Positions 7,240-15,823 of a stretch of DNA of 39,805 bases are shown here, in pieces (the first letter of the stretch is position 1; every line of letters begins with the position of its first letter). The stretch is from a virus: UHGV virus genome UHGV-0085625; one strand, given 5' to 3'. A model generated the notes under the pieces. That model was given only the letters and a program-made list of their open reading frames with translations. It was not told the origin of the DNA and did no database searches. The position numbers were made by a program, and so were the translations under genes.

Positions 7240-7440
7240 ATGTATGAAAAATATGTTACATTACGAGATAAAAGAAATGTGACAGATTACAGAGTATCAA
7301 TAGATACTGGAATTACGAAGTCTACTTTTTCTGATTGGAAGAGTGGTCGAAGTAATCCAAAACTGGATAAACTTCTTATCCTCGCCAAGTATTTTGATGT
7401 TCCGGTGGAGTATTTTGCAGAGACTGAGGACGGGAGGTGA
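7240..7440 (+). CDS. cro: Cro-like XRE HTH protein.
   Basis: 66 aa. Its HTH is nearly identical to that of ImmR (TGITKSTFSDWKSGRSNPK). GGAGAAAAATATG RBS. Confidence 0.7.
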   Translation: MYEKYVTLRDKRNVTDYRVSIDTGITKSTFSDWKSGRSNPKLDKLLILAKYFDVPVEYFAETEDGR

Positions 7441-7445
7441 GAGCA

Positions 7446-7783
7446 TGACAGAGAGCGTAATACAACTGACTCAGGCGAAGGAAATAGGAGAGCATATAGC
7501 TCGTATGCTTATGAGTGAGAATTCTGTACCCGAGTTTGGAGAGAAAGGCGTTCCGGTGGCCGTTGCAGCACGGGTTTTCGGGAAGGATGCTACTTGGATT
7601 CAGGCAGGAATCATTTCTGGATGGCTGCCTATTGGAATAGCGACTCAGGACAAACGGCAGGTTACAGATCTTAAACAGATGGAATCAGGAAAAAGAACCA
7701 ATTACTATATCAGTCCCAAAAAGTTATGGGAGTGGACTGGGTACATATGGAGAGGAGAAGAAAATGCAAGCAGAAGCAATTAA
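7446..7783 (+). CDS. Hypothetical early protein.
   Basis: ORF with a GGAGGTGAG RBS. No recognisable motif. Confidence 0.5.
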
Positions 7784-7985
7784 GTATCAGCCCCCAGTGG
7801 AGGACGTTGTAATCACTCAGGAGGAAGAGAAGCAGATCCTGAAGCTGGGCCGGATCGCTGGGGAGCAGCTCAGACAGAGCCATAAGGATGTGCGCCTGTT
7901 TGGTCGGCTGTCTACGGTGATGGCATTCCTCTTGGGGATGGAGACGGTGCTGCTATTGGTGGCCTGTGGGATTGTGACACTGTGA
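7764..7985 (+). CDS. Hypothetical small protein with a C-terminal transmembrane helix.
   Basis: ORF with a hydrophobic C-terminus. Confidence 0.4.
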   Translation: MQAEAIKYQPPVEDVVITQEEEKQILKLGRIAGEQLRQSHKDVRLFGRLSTVMAFLLGMETVLLLVACGIVTL

Positions 7986-8002
7986 AAGGAGGTGAGAAAA
8001 GG

Positions 8003-8197
8003 ATGGTTAGAGGAGCAAAGACAATAGCGGAATTTAAGATCCGTAAACATCTGGAAAAACTGGAAGAGAGAGGCCTTGTGATGGACAATATATCATTTGA
8101 GATGAAGAGCCAGAATGAAGCAGAGCTGACAGATGTGAATGGAGACAAACTGAGATTGATCTACGATCAGGAAACACGGACGGTTATAGAAATATGA
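8003..8197 (+). CDS. Hypothetical early protein.
   Basis: ORF with a GGAGGTG RBS 8 nt upstream of ATG 8003. Confidence 0.45.
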   Translation: MVRGAKTIAEFKIRKHLEKLEERGLVMDNISFEMKSQNEAELTDVNGDKLRLIYDQETRTVIEI

Positions 8198-8305
8198 GGG
8201 AGAGGAAAAGAATAAAAAAGGACCTGCACAGCGGCAACTGTGGCAGGCCCAGAAAATAAAAAATCAACACCCTCTATTATAAGGGAGAATGAGAGAGGAA
8301 ACAAG

Positions 8306-8506
8306 ATGGCAAACAGAAAAAATGATGTTTTTTGTGCGGACAACCAGTATGAAGAGGCTCTGATGCTTATGGGACGGGTCAATGCGCTGGCCGGAATTAT
8401 CCAGGCAAGCAAGTATACGATGATTGAATGTGAGACTGTGGCGGCAGTGCTGGGCTTTGAACTGGCTGAGAAGAAAGATAAGGGACAGGGAGGAAAAGCA
8501 GAATGA
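8306..8506 (+). CDS. Hypothetical early protein.
   Basis: ORF. Internal start chosen at MANRKN, which has an RBS. Confidence 0.4.
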   Translation: MANRKNDVFCADNQYEEALMLMGRVNALAGIIQASKYTMIECETVAAVLGFELAEKKDKGQGGKAE

Positions 8507-8703
8507 AAGTAAAGGTAAAAGAACTGGTTCCGGGACAGGTGATCCGGGTAGAGTACGGGGATTACGAAAACTGGGTTAATTTCCAGGTAGATGCAGTAAA
8601 ACCGGATGGAAGATATATCAATGTGGACTGCCACGCAGGCAGCATATATACAACCTTGGCGTTGGAGCCGGAGGAGATTGTGGAGGTAGTGGAAAATGCC
8701 TAA
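8503..8703 (+). CDS. Hypothetical early protein.
   Basis: ORF translationally coupled to the upstream gene (ATGA overlap). Confidence 0.45.
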   Translation: MKVKVKELVPGQVIRVEYGDYENWVNFQVDAVKPDGRYINVDCHAGSIYTTLALEPEEIVEVVENA

Positions 8704-8914
8704 CGTGATTATGGTCAGGAAGCCCAAGGGCATGAAAATCAACCGGGATGTACACGGGGATGCAGTGATAAAGATCAACTCAGAAGCGGCGGATACCCTG
8801 GAGCGGCTCCTCCGTGAAGCGCGGGGAAGCCTGTCAGTAAAGGAACTGGCATCCAGCATGATTAAATATGCGTCCAATGACACAATCATTAAGATTGAGG
8901 AGGATATGGAATGA
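8696..8914 (+). CDS. Hypothetical early protein.
   Basis: ORF overlapping its neighbours, typical of operon packing. Confidence 0.45.
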   Translation: MPNVIMVRKPKGMKINRDVHGDAVIKINSEAADTLERLLREARGSLSVKELASSMIKYASNDTIIKIEEDME

Positions 8915-9567
8915 ACATACATGAGAAACTGCAGCAGGTACAATCTGATTTGAAGGCTCCCAAGAACCAGTACAACAAATTTGGCGGTTATAATTATCGG
9001 AATTGTGAAGATATCCAGGAGGCAGTGAAGCCGCTCCTGAAAGCAGTGAAGGCGGCGCTGGTGGTGGGGGATGAGTTAGTATTGATTGGAGATCGGTATT
9101 ACATAAAGGCCACTGCTAGGTTCATAGACTGCGAATCTGGAGAAACTGTGGAAAATACGGCATATGCCCGTGAAGAACAGGAAAAAAAGGGCATGGACGT
9201 TTCACAGGTTACTGGCAGTACGAGCAGCTATGCCAGGAAATATGCACTGAATGGCCTGTTTTGCATTGATGATGTAAAGGATGCAGATAATCAGAATAAT
9301 GCCTCCGGGGGAACGGGGAAAGGGACATCTAAGGGCAGCAGGAAAAATGACGCACGGAAAGTCCAGGGACAGGCAGGAAAGGTTACGGAAGCTATGATAC
9401 GTACGTTGCAGTCTATGACAGAACGTTACAGTGCCAAGGGCCTTAAGATGGATAAAATCCTTTCCATGTATAAGTTGACTGCAATTACGGATATGGATAC
9501 AGAGCAGTATAAGGACTGCATGGAAAAGTTGAAGTTATACGAAAAAGAGGGAGGAGCCAAAGAATGA
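8911..9567 (+). CDS. erf: ERF-family single-strand annealing protein.
   Basis: N-terminal APKNQYNKFGGYNYRNCEDI...VKPLLK...LIGDRYY...QVTGSTSSYARKYALNGLF motif, characteristic of P22 Erf. Confidence 0.85.
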   Translation: MNIHEKLQQVQSDLKAPKNQYNKFGGYNYRNCEDIQEAVKPLLKAVKAALVVGDELVLIGDRYYIKATARFIDCESGETVENTAYAREEQEKKGMDVSQVTGSTSSYARKYALNGLFCIDDVKDADNQNNASGGTGKGTSKGSRKNDARKVQGQAGKVTEAMIRTLQSMTERYSAKGLKMDKILSMYKLTAITDMDTEQYKDCMEKLKLYEKEGGAKE

Positions 9568-9989
9568 ATAATGTTCAGTTGGTCGGGAGATTGACCAGAG
9601 ACCCGGAAGTCCGTTACTTGGACAATGGATCTACAGTAACAAGATTTACCCTTGCAGTGGACTGAAGAATAAAAAAGGAAGGGGGAGAAAACGCTGATTT
9701 TATTTCCTGTGTAGCATTTGGAAAAACAGCGGAATTTCTGGAAAAATGGTTCTTTAAAGGCCAGCGGCTGGGCCTGACTGGCCGGATACAGACAGGATCT
9801 TATACAAATCAGGAAGGAAAAAAAGTCTATACAACAGATGTTGTGGTGGACACAGCAGAATTTGTAGAAAGCAGGAGTGGATCCAGTAAACAGGGGGACA
9901 GGCAGGCCCAATTCCAGGGAAAAGATATAGGAGATGGGTTCATGGATATTCCGGATGATGTAGAAGACGAAGAATTGCCGTTTAACTAG
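9564..9989 (+). CDS. ssb: Single-stranded DNA-binding protein interrupted by an in-frame TGA at 9663..9665. Either a pseudogene or a read-through site.
   Basis: The N-terminus (MNNVQLVGRLTRDPEVRYLDNGSTVTRFTLAVD) and the rest of the OB fold (ADFISCVAFGKTAEF...GRIQTGSY...KVYTTDVVVD) are in the same frame, separated only by the TGA. It falls where an Arg (CGA) is usually found. The C-terminal acidic tail DDVEDEELPF is present. Confidence 0.7.
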
Positions 9990-9999
9990 AGGTGGCTGC

Positions 10000-10512
10000 A
10001 TGAATATACAGATTGACTCAAGGGAAAAAGCGAGGGCAATCCGAGTGATTGTAGAGGAATTTGACCGCCGGGGCGTGGATCATTTCGTATCAAAGCTGTA
10101 TGTGGGGGATTATATGAATTATGATAATCCCCGTCTGATTATAGACAGGAAACAGAACCTGACAGAGCTGTGCAGCAATGTGTGCCAGGGACACAGCCGG
10201 TTTCGGAATGAAATACTGCGGGCACAGGAGCATGGAATACAAATGATAATCCTGTGTGAACATGGGAAAGGGATTGAACAGCTGGAGGATGTGATATGGT
10301 GGGATAATCCACGCCGGCATAAGCGGTTTGTAGATCCAGAGACAGGCCAGTGGACAGAGCGTGAGACAAAAGCAATCACAGGGGACAAGCTGTATAAGAT
10401 ATTGCGCACATTCCAGGAAAAGTATGGATGCCTTTTTCTGTTCTGCGATAAGAAGGATACGGGAAAACGGATCATTGAGCTTTTGGGCGGTGATAGATGT
10501 GGATTGCAGTGA
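10000..10512 (+). CDS. ERCC4-domain (XPF/Mus81-like) nuclease.
   Basis: VGDY....IIDRK motif, the GDY...ERK signature of ERCC4 nucleases. Confidence 0.55.
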   Translation: MNIQIDSREKARAIRVIVEEFDRRGVDHFVSKLYVGDYMNYDNPRLIIDRKQNLTELCSNVCQGHSRFRNEILRAQEHGIQMIILCEHGKGIEQLEDVIWWDNPRRHKRFVDPETGQWTERETKAITGDKLYKILRTFQEKYGCLFLFCDKKDTGKRIIELLGGDRCGLQ

Positions 10513-11032
10513 GATTAAGAATACATACAGTATGCGCGATATCGTGGAGCGTTATGGGTTCCATCCGAACCGTGCCGGCTTTATCAGCTGCCCATTCCAC
10601 CAGGGGGACAGAACCCCGTCCTTGAAGGTGTATGAAAAAGACTACCACTGCCATGCCTGCGGGGCAAACGGGGATATTTTTACGTTTGTTCAGGAAATAG
10701 AGGGCGTTTCATTCAAAGAAGCATTCCTGAGCCTGGGAGGCACATACCGGCCCTGCAGCCGGATTGCATCCCAGAGGCGGAGGGAACAGATAAAAAGGGA
10801 ACGGGAAGAGCAGCGTGAGGCGGAGCGGGAAAGAACCGCCTGGAAATGGAGCCGTCTGGGCGAAGTCTGCCGGACCCTCCGGATGCTGGACAGGCTGATC
10901 CCTGGTATGGAGCCGTATTCGGAGGTCTGGGAGGCAGCAGTCAGCCTGAGGGAGAGGAACCGCTATTATTACGAGATACTGGCATTTGGAACGAAACAGG
11001 AACAGGAGGAAATGAGAAACAGGGATGGATGA
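10487..11032 (+). CDS. CHC2 zinc-finger (primase N-terminal-like) protein.
   Basis: IVERYGF...CPFHQGDRTPSLKV...YHCHACGANGD matches the DnaG-type zf-CHC2 pattern. The start is uncertain (GTG 10487 or ATG 10535). Confidence 0.55.
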   Translation, partial: AVIDVDCSEIKNTYSMRDIVERYGFHPNRAGFISCPFHQGDRTPSLKVYEKDYHCHACGANGDIFTFVQEIEGVSFKEAFLSLGGTYRPCSRIASQRRREQIKREREEQREAERERTAWKWSRLGEVCRTLRMLDRLIPGMEPYSEVWEAAVSLRERNRYYYEILAFGTKQEQEEMRNRDG

Positions 11033-12866
11033 GATCAGGAAGGAGTACAGCAGGGAAGAATTTAATACAGAAGAGCCATACCGTCTCCTGTTTGAACATA
11101 AGGACAATGGGTTTGCATACCTGCAGCTTTATAATGACTTGAATGCAAACGCAGAACGTGTCGGGTTCAGGCGTTTCGGGACCATGGTAAAGGCATATAT
11201 GAAACAGCACGAAGAACGCAGGAGCGGGCTGAGCAGCGTGGTAAATAACCTGACGGATTTTAAGGACCAGCCCATTGAACTGCTGACCGGAGACTGGATT
11301 GCCAATGATGACGGGATCCTCCGGAGGAACGGCGAACAGGGGATGGATGTTGCCTGTGTGCACCCGATCCTGCCCGTGCAGCGCCTGGTAAATATTGATG
11401 ACGGGACCGTGCGGCTGCGGATTATGTTTCGGAGGGATTTCCGCGGCTGGCGGGAGGTGATTGCCAATAAAAGCACCCTTTTCAGTTCCAGGGAGATCAA
11501 GAAGCTGGCAGATAAGGACATTTCGGTTTCGGACAAGAATGCAGCCTTCCTGGTGGAATACCTTCAGGACTTGGAGGATCTGAACCATAACACCATCCCG
11601 GAGGCCCAGTCCGTGAGCCATCTGGGATGGACATCCAACGGGCTGTTCAGTCCGTATATGGAAAACCTGGAGTTTGACGGCCTGGAGAACTTTCGGAAAG
11701 TGTTTGAATCGGTGCACCCTTATGGAGATTATGAGAAATGGCTCGGCGTGGCAAGAAAAGTCAGGCAGGCAGGATCGGCGGCGAGGATCGCTCTGGCAGC
11801 AGCCTTTGCATCAATCGTTATTAAAGCCATTGGAAAGCTGAATTTCCTCCTGCATTTGTGGGGCGGATCTGGAACAGGAAAGACAGTGGCACAGCTTCTG
11901 GCAGTTTCTGTATGGGCTGACCCAAATGACGGGGCCGGGTATCTCCAGACATTTAACGGCACCCTTGTAGGCCTAGAGCAGCTGGCCGGTTTTGTGAACA
12001 ACCTGCCCCTGATACTGGATGAATTCCAGCTTGTGAAAGATAAAAAATCCTTTGAACAAACCGTATATATGCTGTGTGAAGGAATTGGGAAGACAAGAGG
12101 GGCAAAAGCCGGAGGCTTACAGAAGACCCCTACATGGAAGAACTGCACTATTACATCAGGAGAATCCCCCATTACCCATGCTGCATCCGGTGCGGGTGCG
12201 GTAAACCGTATCATAGAAATTGAGTGCAGGGAGATGCTGTTTGAGGATGCAGTTGAGGTATTGGATGTGATCCGGTCTAACTATGGGTATGCCGGGAAAC
12301 TGTTCATGGCATTTATGTCCACCGATCAGGCAAAAGAAAAGGCAGCCGGCCTCTATAAGCAGTTTTACCGTGATATAGGGACATCCAGCACGGAAAAACA
12401 GACCATGGCAGCTGCAATCCTGCTGACAGCCGATGCGCTGTCTACGGAATGGATCTTCTGCGATGGCAGGGGTTTGACGGTTGGGGATATAGAACCATAC
12501 CTCCATTCCAGGGAGGCGGTAGATATCGGTGCCCGCGGATATGAATATATCCAGGATTTTTATGTCAGCAATGCTGCCAGGTTTGACCCCAGCGCAGATC
12601 CCTGCTACGGCTCTGTATCCGGTGATGAGGTGCGTATAATCAAGAGCGTGTTTGAGCGCATCTGTGAAGAAGGGGGATACAATCCCAGAGCGTTGCTGTC
12701 ATGGCTGGATCAGGCGGGAAGGCTGTCAAAAGGGAAGGATAACCTGTATAAATCTGCCAAGGTCAATGGAAAGGCGGCCCGGTGTGCGTGTATCAACATG
12801 GCTGAGAAGATTTACCCGCAGGAAGAATTTATCCCTGTGGAGGACGGCGAACTGCCGTTTAAATGA
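11025..12866 (+). CDS. DUF927-type replicative helicase/primase-associated protein (P4-alpha/D5-like NTPase).
   Basis: Walker A motif LWGGSGTGKT. 613 aa. Directly upstream of the iteron-rich putative ori. Confidence 0.7.
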   Translation: MDEIRKEYSREEFNTEEPYRLLFEHKDNGFAYLQLYNDLNANAERVGFRRFGTMVKAYMKQHEERRSGLSSVVNNLTDFKDQPIELLTGDWIANDDGILRRNGEQGMDVACVHPILPVQRLVNIDDGTVRLRIMFRRDFRGWREVIANKSTLFSSREIKKLADKDISVSDKNAAFLVEYLQDLEDLNHNTIPEAQSVSHLGWTSNGLFSPYMENLEFDGLENFRKVFESVHPYGDYEKWLGVARKVRQAGSAARIALAAAFASIVIKAIGKLNFLLHLWGGSGTGKTVAQLLAVSVWADPNDGAGYLQTFNGTLVGLEQLAGFVNNLPLILDEFQLVKDKKSFEQTVYMLCEGIGKTRGAKAGGLQKTPTWKNCTITSGESPITHAASGAGAVNRIIEIECREMLFEDAVEVLDVIRSNYGYAGKLFMAFMSTDQAKEKAAGLYKQFYRDIGTSSTEKQTMAAAILLTADALSTEWIFCDGRGLTVGDIEPYLHSREAVDIGARGYEYIQDFYVSNAARFDPSADPCYGSVSGDEVRIIKSVFERICEEGGYNPRALLSWLDQAGRLSKGKDNLYKSAKVNGKAARCACINMAEKIYPQEEFIPVEDGELPFK

Positions 12867-12869
12867 AGC

Positions 12870-13165
12870 CGTTACAGAATCCTGAGGCAGGGTTACAATT
12901 TAAAAAACGTATTTTGTAACCGGAAAATCCAGTGTTTATGCGGGTTTGAGGGGTGCGGTTACAAAGTTACAAAAGTTACAGGTTTTTTATAAGCTTATAG
13001 GAAGGCATATGTATGTGAAAGAAGTCAGACAATTTAATCATCTATGTGCCTCGCGCGTATAGGGAAAAAAGTGTTGTAACCTTGTAACTTTGTAACTGGT
13101 CATAAAAAAGCCAGTATTTATGCGGGTTTGAGGCCTATCATTTGGTTACATGAAGCTGTAACGCA
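12870..13165. repeat. Putative origin of replication: at least 11 GTTACA/TGTAAC iterons in opposed arrays plus a 22-bp direct repeat.
   Basis: GTTACAAA x3 at 12958..12982 and TTGTAAC x3 at 13075..13096 in inverted orientation. A GGTTACAA-N15-TTGTAACC palindrome at 12891..12921. Direct repeats CCAGT(G/A)TTTATGCGGGTTTGAGG at 12929..12951 and 13111..13133. An AT-rich spacer lies between the arrays. Confidence 0.55.
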
Positions 13166-13185
13166 TTGTGACGACAGGAGGAAAA

Positions 13186-13455
13186 ATGGATAATAAAACT
13201 ATATCAGATATCTTCGTGGATGTCTATAACCGGTTCTGGATGAAATGGCGTGACCGTGTGCCGCCAGAAGATTCAGGGGAATGGGATGTACTGAGAGCGG
13301 AAGCAGATGCAATCAAGGAAAAGTACGGGAACCATATGGTTCGGAAGTGGGAAGGTACATCCCCTACAACGGAGGAAGAGCCGGTAGCGTCTCCACTTGT
13401 TAATTTTGTTATGGATGAACTGGAGGCCAGAAGCAGAAAGGGGCAGAAGAAATGA
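13186..13455 (+). CDS. Hypothetical protein.
   Basis: ORF. Start chosen at MDNKTISD. Confidence 0.4.
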   Translation: MDNKTISDIFVDVYNRFWMKWRDRVPPEDSGEWDVLRAEADAIKEKYGNHMVRKWEGTSPTTEEEPVASPLVNFVMDELEARSRKGQKK

Positions 13456-13595
13456 AACAGCCAAAGAGTGAACCGGTCTATATCTGCAGCATATGCGGGA
13501 AGGATATAGCCGGGGATCATGTATATATCAAAACAAGGAGAGGAACAGAGCTGCATATCCATTATGGGTGTATGCCGGTAAGGAAAGGAGAATAG
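13452..13595 (+). CDS. Small Cys-containing protein (47 aa).
   Basis: ATGA-coupled ORF with a CxxC...HxxxC pattern. Confidence 0.3.
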   Translation: MKQPKSEPVYICSICGKDIAGDHVYIKTRRGTELHIHYGCMPVRKGE

Positions 13596-13597
13596 CC

Positions 13598-13753
13598 ATG
13601 GCTAAGATTTTGATGCAGGGAAAAGAAAGATTTATGTGCCCAGTATGTGAGAATGAGATGATTAAGCTGGGGCAGAATTACTGCCAGATATGCGGTGAGG
13701 CACTTGAGTGGGAGGAGGAAGGCGAGAATGAAGAGATTAACACAGAAAGATGA
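13598..13753 (+). CDS. Small zinc-ribbon protein (CPVC...CQIC).
   Basis: AAGGAAAGGAG RBS. Two CxxC pairs. Confidence 0.45.
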   Translation: MAKILMQGKERFMCPVCENEMIKLGQNYCQICGEALEWEEEGENEEINTER

Positions 13754-14021
13754 GCAGGGAAATATGCTGAAAGAACTGAATGAGGAGCAGTGCAAGCACC
13801 GCTGGATTCCCGTGGAGGAGAGACTGCCGGAAGAGGATAATTATATTCTACTATCGTTCAGCAATTTCTCTCTTCCGCTGATTGGAAGATATGAGGCTGA
13901 TAATGATGGTGGAGGAGCATTCTATCTGGGCGATAATGATGAGGGAGATACCTGTCTATCAGAGGATCTGTATGTTAATGCCTGGCAGCCGCTGCCGGAG
14001 CAATACCGGCCAGAGGAGTGA
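13728..14021 (+). CDS. DUF551-like phage protein.
   Basis: C-terminal W(Q/M)PLPE(Q/P)Y motif typical of DUF551. Confidence 0.45.
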   Translation: MKRLTQKDEQGNMLKELNEEQCKHRWIPVEERLPEEDNYILLSFSNFSLPLIGRYEADNDGGGAFYLGDNDEGDTCLSEDLYVNAWQPLPEQYRPEE

Positions 14022-14036
14022 GTTTCTCCCAAGGAA

Positions 14037-14207
14037 TTACTTGGTATCCTTGGGAGCACAGAGGGCCTGATGTGCAGCCATAGTGGCCAGAGAGTCACCG
14101 ATCTGTACAAAAATGGAACTGATCAGGGCGATCTCTTCTGGAGACTTGCCATCGGCAATACAGCAGGCCAGAGCAGAAATCGTTATTGTAAGTTCACAAG
14201 AATCCAT
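14037..14207 (-). CDS. Small hypothetical protein (56 aa) on the opposite strand, at a GC-to-AT transition.
   Basis: Minus-strand ORF MDSCELTITISALACCIADGKSPEEIALISSIFVQIGDSLATMAAHQALCAPKDTK with a GAGGTGAT RBS. Missed by the six-frame track because it falls under the 60-aa cut-off. Confidence 0.45.
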   Translation of the reverse strand: MDSCELTITISALACCIADGKSPEEIALISSIFVQIGDSLATMAAHQALCAPKDTK

Positions 14208-14280
14208 GATATCACCTCAGGATAGTATATGTGTTGATATCATGTATAGAACAGAATTAAGATTTAATGGAGAAAGTAAT

Positions 14281-14556
14281 ATGGCAGAAATAAAACTAAC
14301 TGATAGCATAGGGTATGCCGACTATTTACATATCATTTTTGGAAAAAAACATGTAACACATTTTACCAGCGAGGGAAAAGAGCTAACTACAACGTTTGCT
14401 GAAGTTATGAATATTGCAAAAAAGAATGGTTATGACCCCCAAAAAGACGGAATAATTATTCTCTTAGCGGAAAGTCCTTTAAGTGGAAAAGTTTTTCAAT
14501 ACGGAAACTATGGAGATTTCTGGGTGGAACACGGAACAACAAAAGGATATGCTTAA
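14281..14556 (+). CDS. Hypothetical 91-aa protein, first gene of the AT-rich moron.
   Basis: GGAG RBS. AT-rich codon usage unlike the flanking genes. Confidence 0.5.
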   Translation: MAEIKLTDSIGYADYLHIIFGKKHVTHFTSEGKELTTTFAEVMNIAKKNGYDPQKDGIIILLAESPLSGKVFQYGNYGDFWVEHGTTKGYA

Positions 14557-14592
14557 AATTAAGGTATTCAACAAAGGGAGGAAACGCCAATA

Positions 14593-15474
14593 ATGGGCAT
14601 GGATGAACATATGCTTGCCTGCATCAAGGCATTAGCTGAAAACAGAATACAGGATGCAAAGAATGAAGCAATATGCTGTTGCATCAACGATAACACAAAA
14701 AAGAATGCTTCAAGGACGGATTACTACAAAAAGCTGTTGGAAAATGGAAGTGTGAATTTGTTTGAAGTCCCTATGAATCTTAAAGGACTGATTAATATGC
14801 AGGATGTGTCGGACTTTAAAGAGGACAGATACTATCTTGGGCATCAGCAGGCTGAACTCTTTCGTAAGATCGAAGCAGGTGTAAGAGCAACCACAAAGAT
14901 GCTGGAATACGGAATCCCCTATACGAACAGCACTCTTATTTACGGGGACCCAGGAACAGGCAAGACAGAATTTGCCCGGTATGTTGCATTCAAACTTGGA
15001 CTGCCGTATGCATATCTGAATTTTTCGTATCTGATTGATTCCCACTTGGGACAGACTGCAAAGAATCTGAGCCGTATATTTGATTACTGCAAAGGTCAGA
15101 AATGTGTACTGATGCTGGATGAAGTGGATTGCATTGGACTGGAACGTGGAAATGATACTGGTGCAGATGGAGAACTTGGCAGGACCACGATAGCGTTAAT
15201 GCAGGCTTTGGATGGATTAGTAGATGGTCAGATTATTATTGCTGCCACAAATAGATGCGACCGACTGGACAAGGCTTTGCTTCGGAGATTTCGACAACAG
15301 GTAGAGTTTTACTGTTTTGATAAAAATGAAAGACTTGCCATGATTGAAACGTATATGAATAGCGTGGAACCATCATTTCTTACGGATGATATAAGGCGGT
15401 ATTCAGAAGAAAAACATACACAGGCAGAAACCGTGAAATATCTTATTGAAAAAATAGTCGAAAAAGTTAAGTAA
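14593..15474 (+). CDS. Classical-clade AAA+ ATPase (SpoVK/CbbX/Ycf46-like).
   Basis: Walker A GDPGTGKT, Walker B VLMLDEVD, second region of homology with Arg fingers ATNRCDRLDKALLRRF. Upstream L.GLI...V motif as in SpoVK/CbbX. About 41% GC against roughly 50% for the flanking genes. Confidence 0.85.
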   Translation: MGMDEHMLACIKALAENRIQDAKNEAICCCINDNTKKNASRTDYYKKLLENGSVNLFEVPMNLKGLINMQDVSDFKEDRYYLGHQQAELFRKIEAGVRATTKMLEYGIPYTNSTLIYGDPGTGKTEFARYVAFKLGLPYAYLNFSYLIDSHLGQTAKNLSRIFDYCKGQKCVLMLDEVDCIGLERGNDTGADGELGRTTIALMQALDGLVDGQIIIAATNRCDRLDKALLRRFRQQVEFYCFDKNERLAMIETYMNSVEPSFLTDDIRRYSEEKHTQAETVKYLIEKIVEKVK

Positions 15475-15499
15475 ACTGACATTTAGAGGAGAAAACATA

Positions 15500-15685
15500 A
15501 TGTACAAGAATCATGAAGGATATCCAGATCCGGCCGCAGGAGCTGCGATCTGGGAAGCGGACAGGCCGCCAGAAGATTACCGCAAAGCCGTCCGCATGAT
15601 GCTCTTCACCGCGAAATGCATGGGCTACCATGTGGAGGATACGATCCGGTTAAGAGACGAGAAGACAGGGAGGGTATGGCCGTGA
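15500..15685 (+). CDS. Hypothetical protein.
   Basis: ORF with an RBS. Confidence 0.4.
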   Translation: MYKNHEGYPDPAAGAAIWEADRPPEDYRKAVRMMLFTAKCMGYHVEDTIRLRDEKTGRVWP

Positions 15686-15819
15686 ATGTACTTAAGAGCG
15701 TAGTGATTATCCTGTGGGCCATAACGGGGACGGTCAATCTGATCCAAGGCAACATTGACCGCAGGGATTACCTGATGGTCTGGGGCTCCCTGATGGCGGT
15801 GCTGATGATCTGGAGGTGA
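15676..15819 (+). CDS. Small membrane protein.
   Basis: Two hydrophobic helices. Overlaps the upstream gene. Confidence 0.4.
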   Translation: MAVNVLKSVVIILWAITGTVNLIQGNIDRRDYLMVWGSLMAVLMIWR

Positions 15820-15823
15820 TGTT

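Noticed and set aside
8167-8943. 258-aa minus-strand ORF antisense to the early gene cluster. Similar long antisense ORFs occur at 10941..11717, 19261..19863 and 33023..33646.
   Set aside because: They lie antisense to genes with clear homology. They lack RBSs and have Ser/Leu/Cys-rich low-complexity composition. Typical shadow ORFs in moderately GC-rich DNA.
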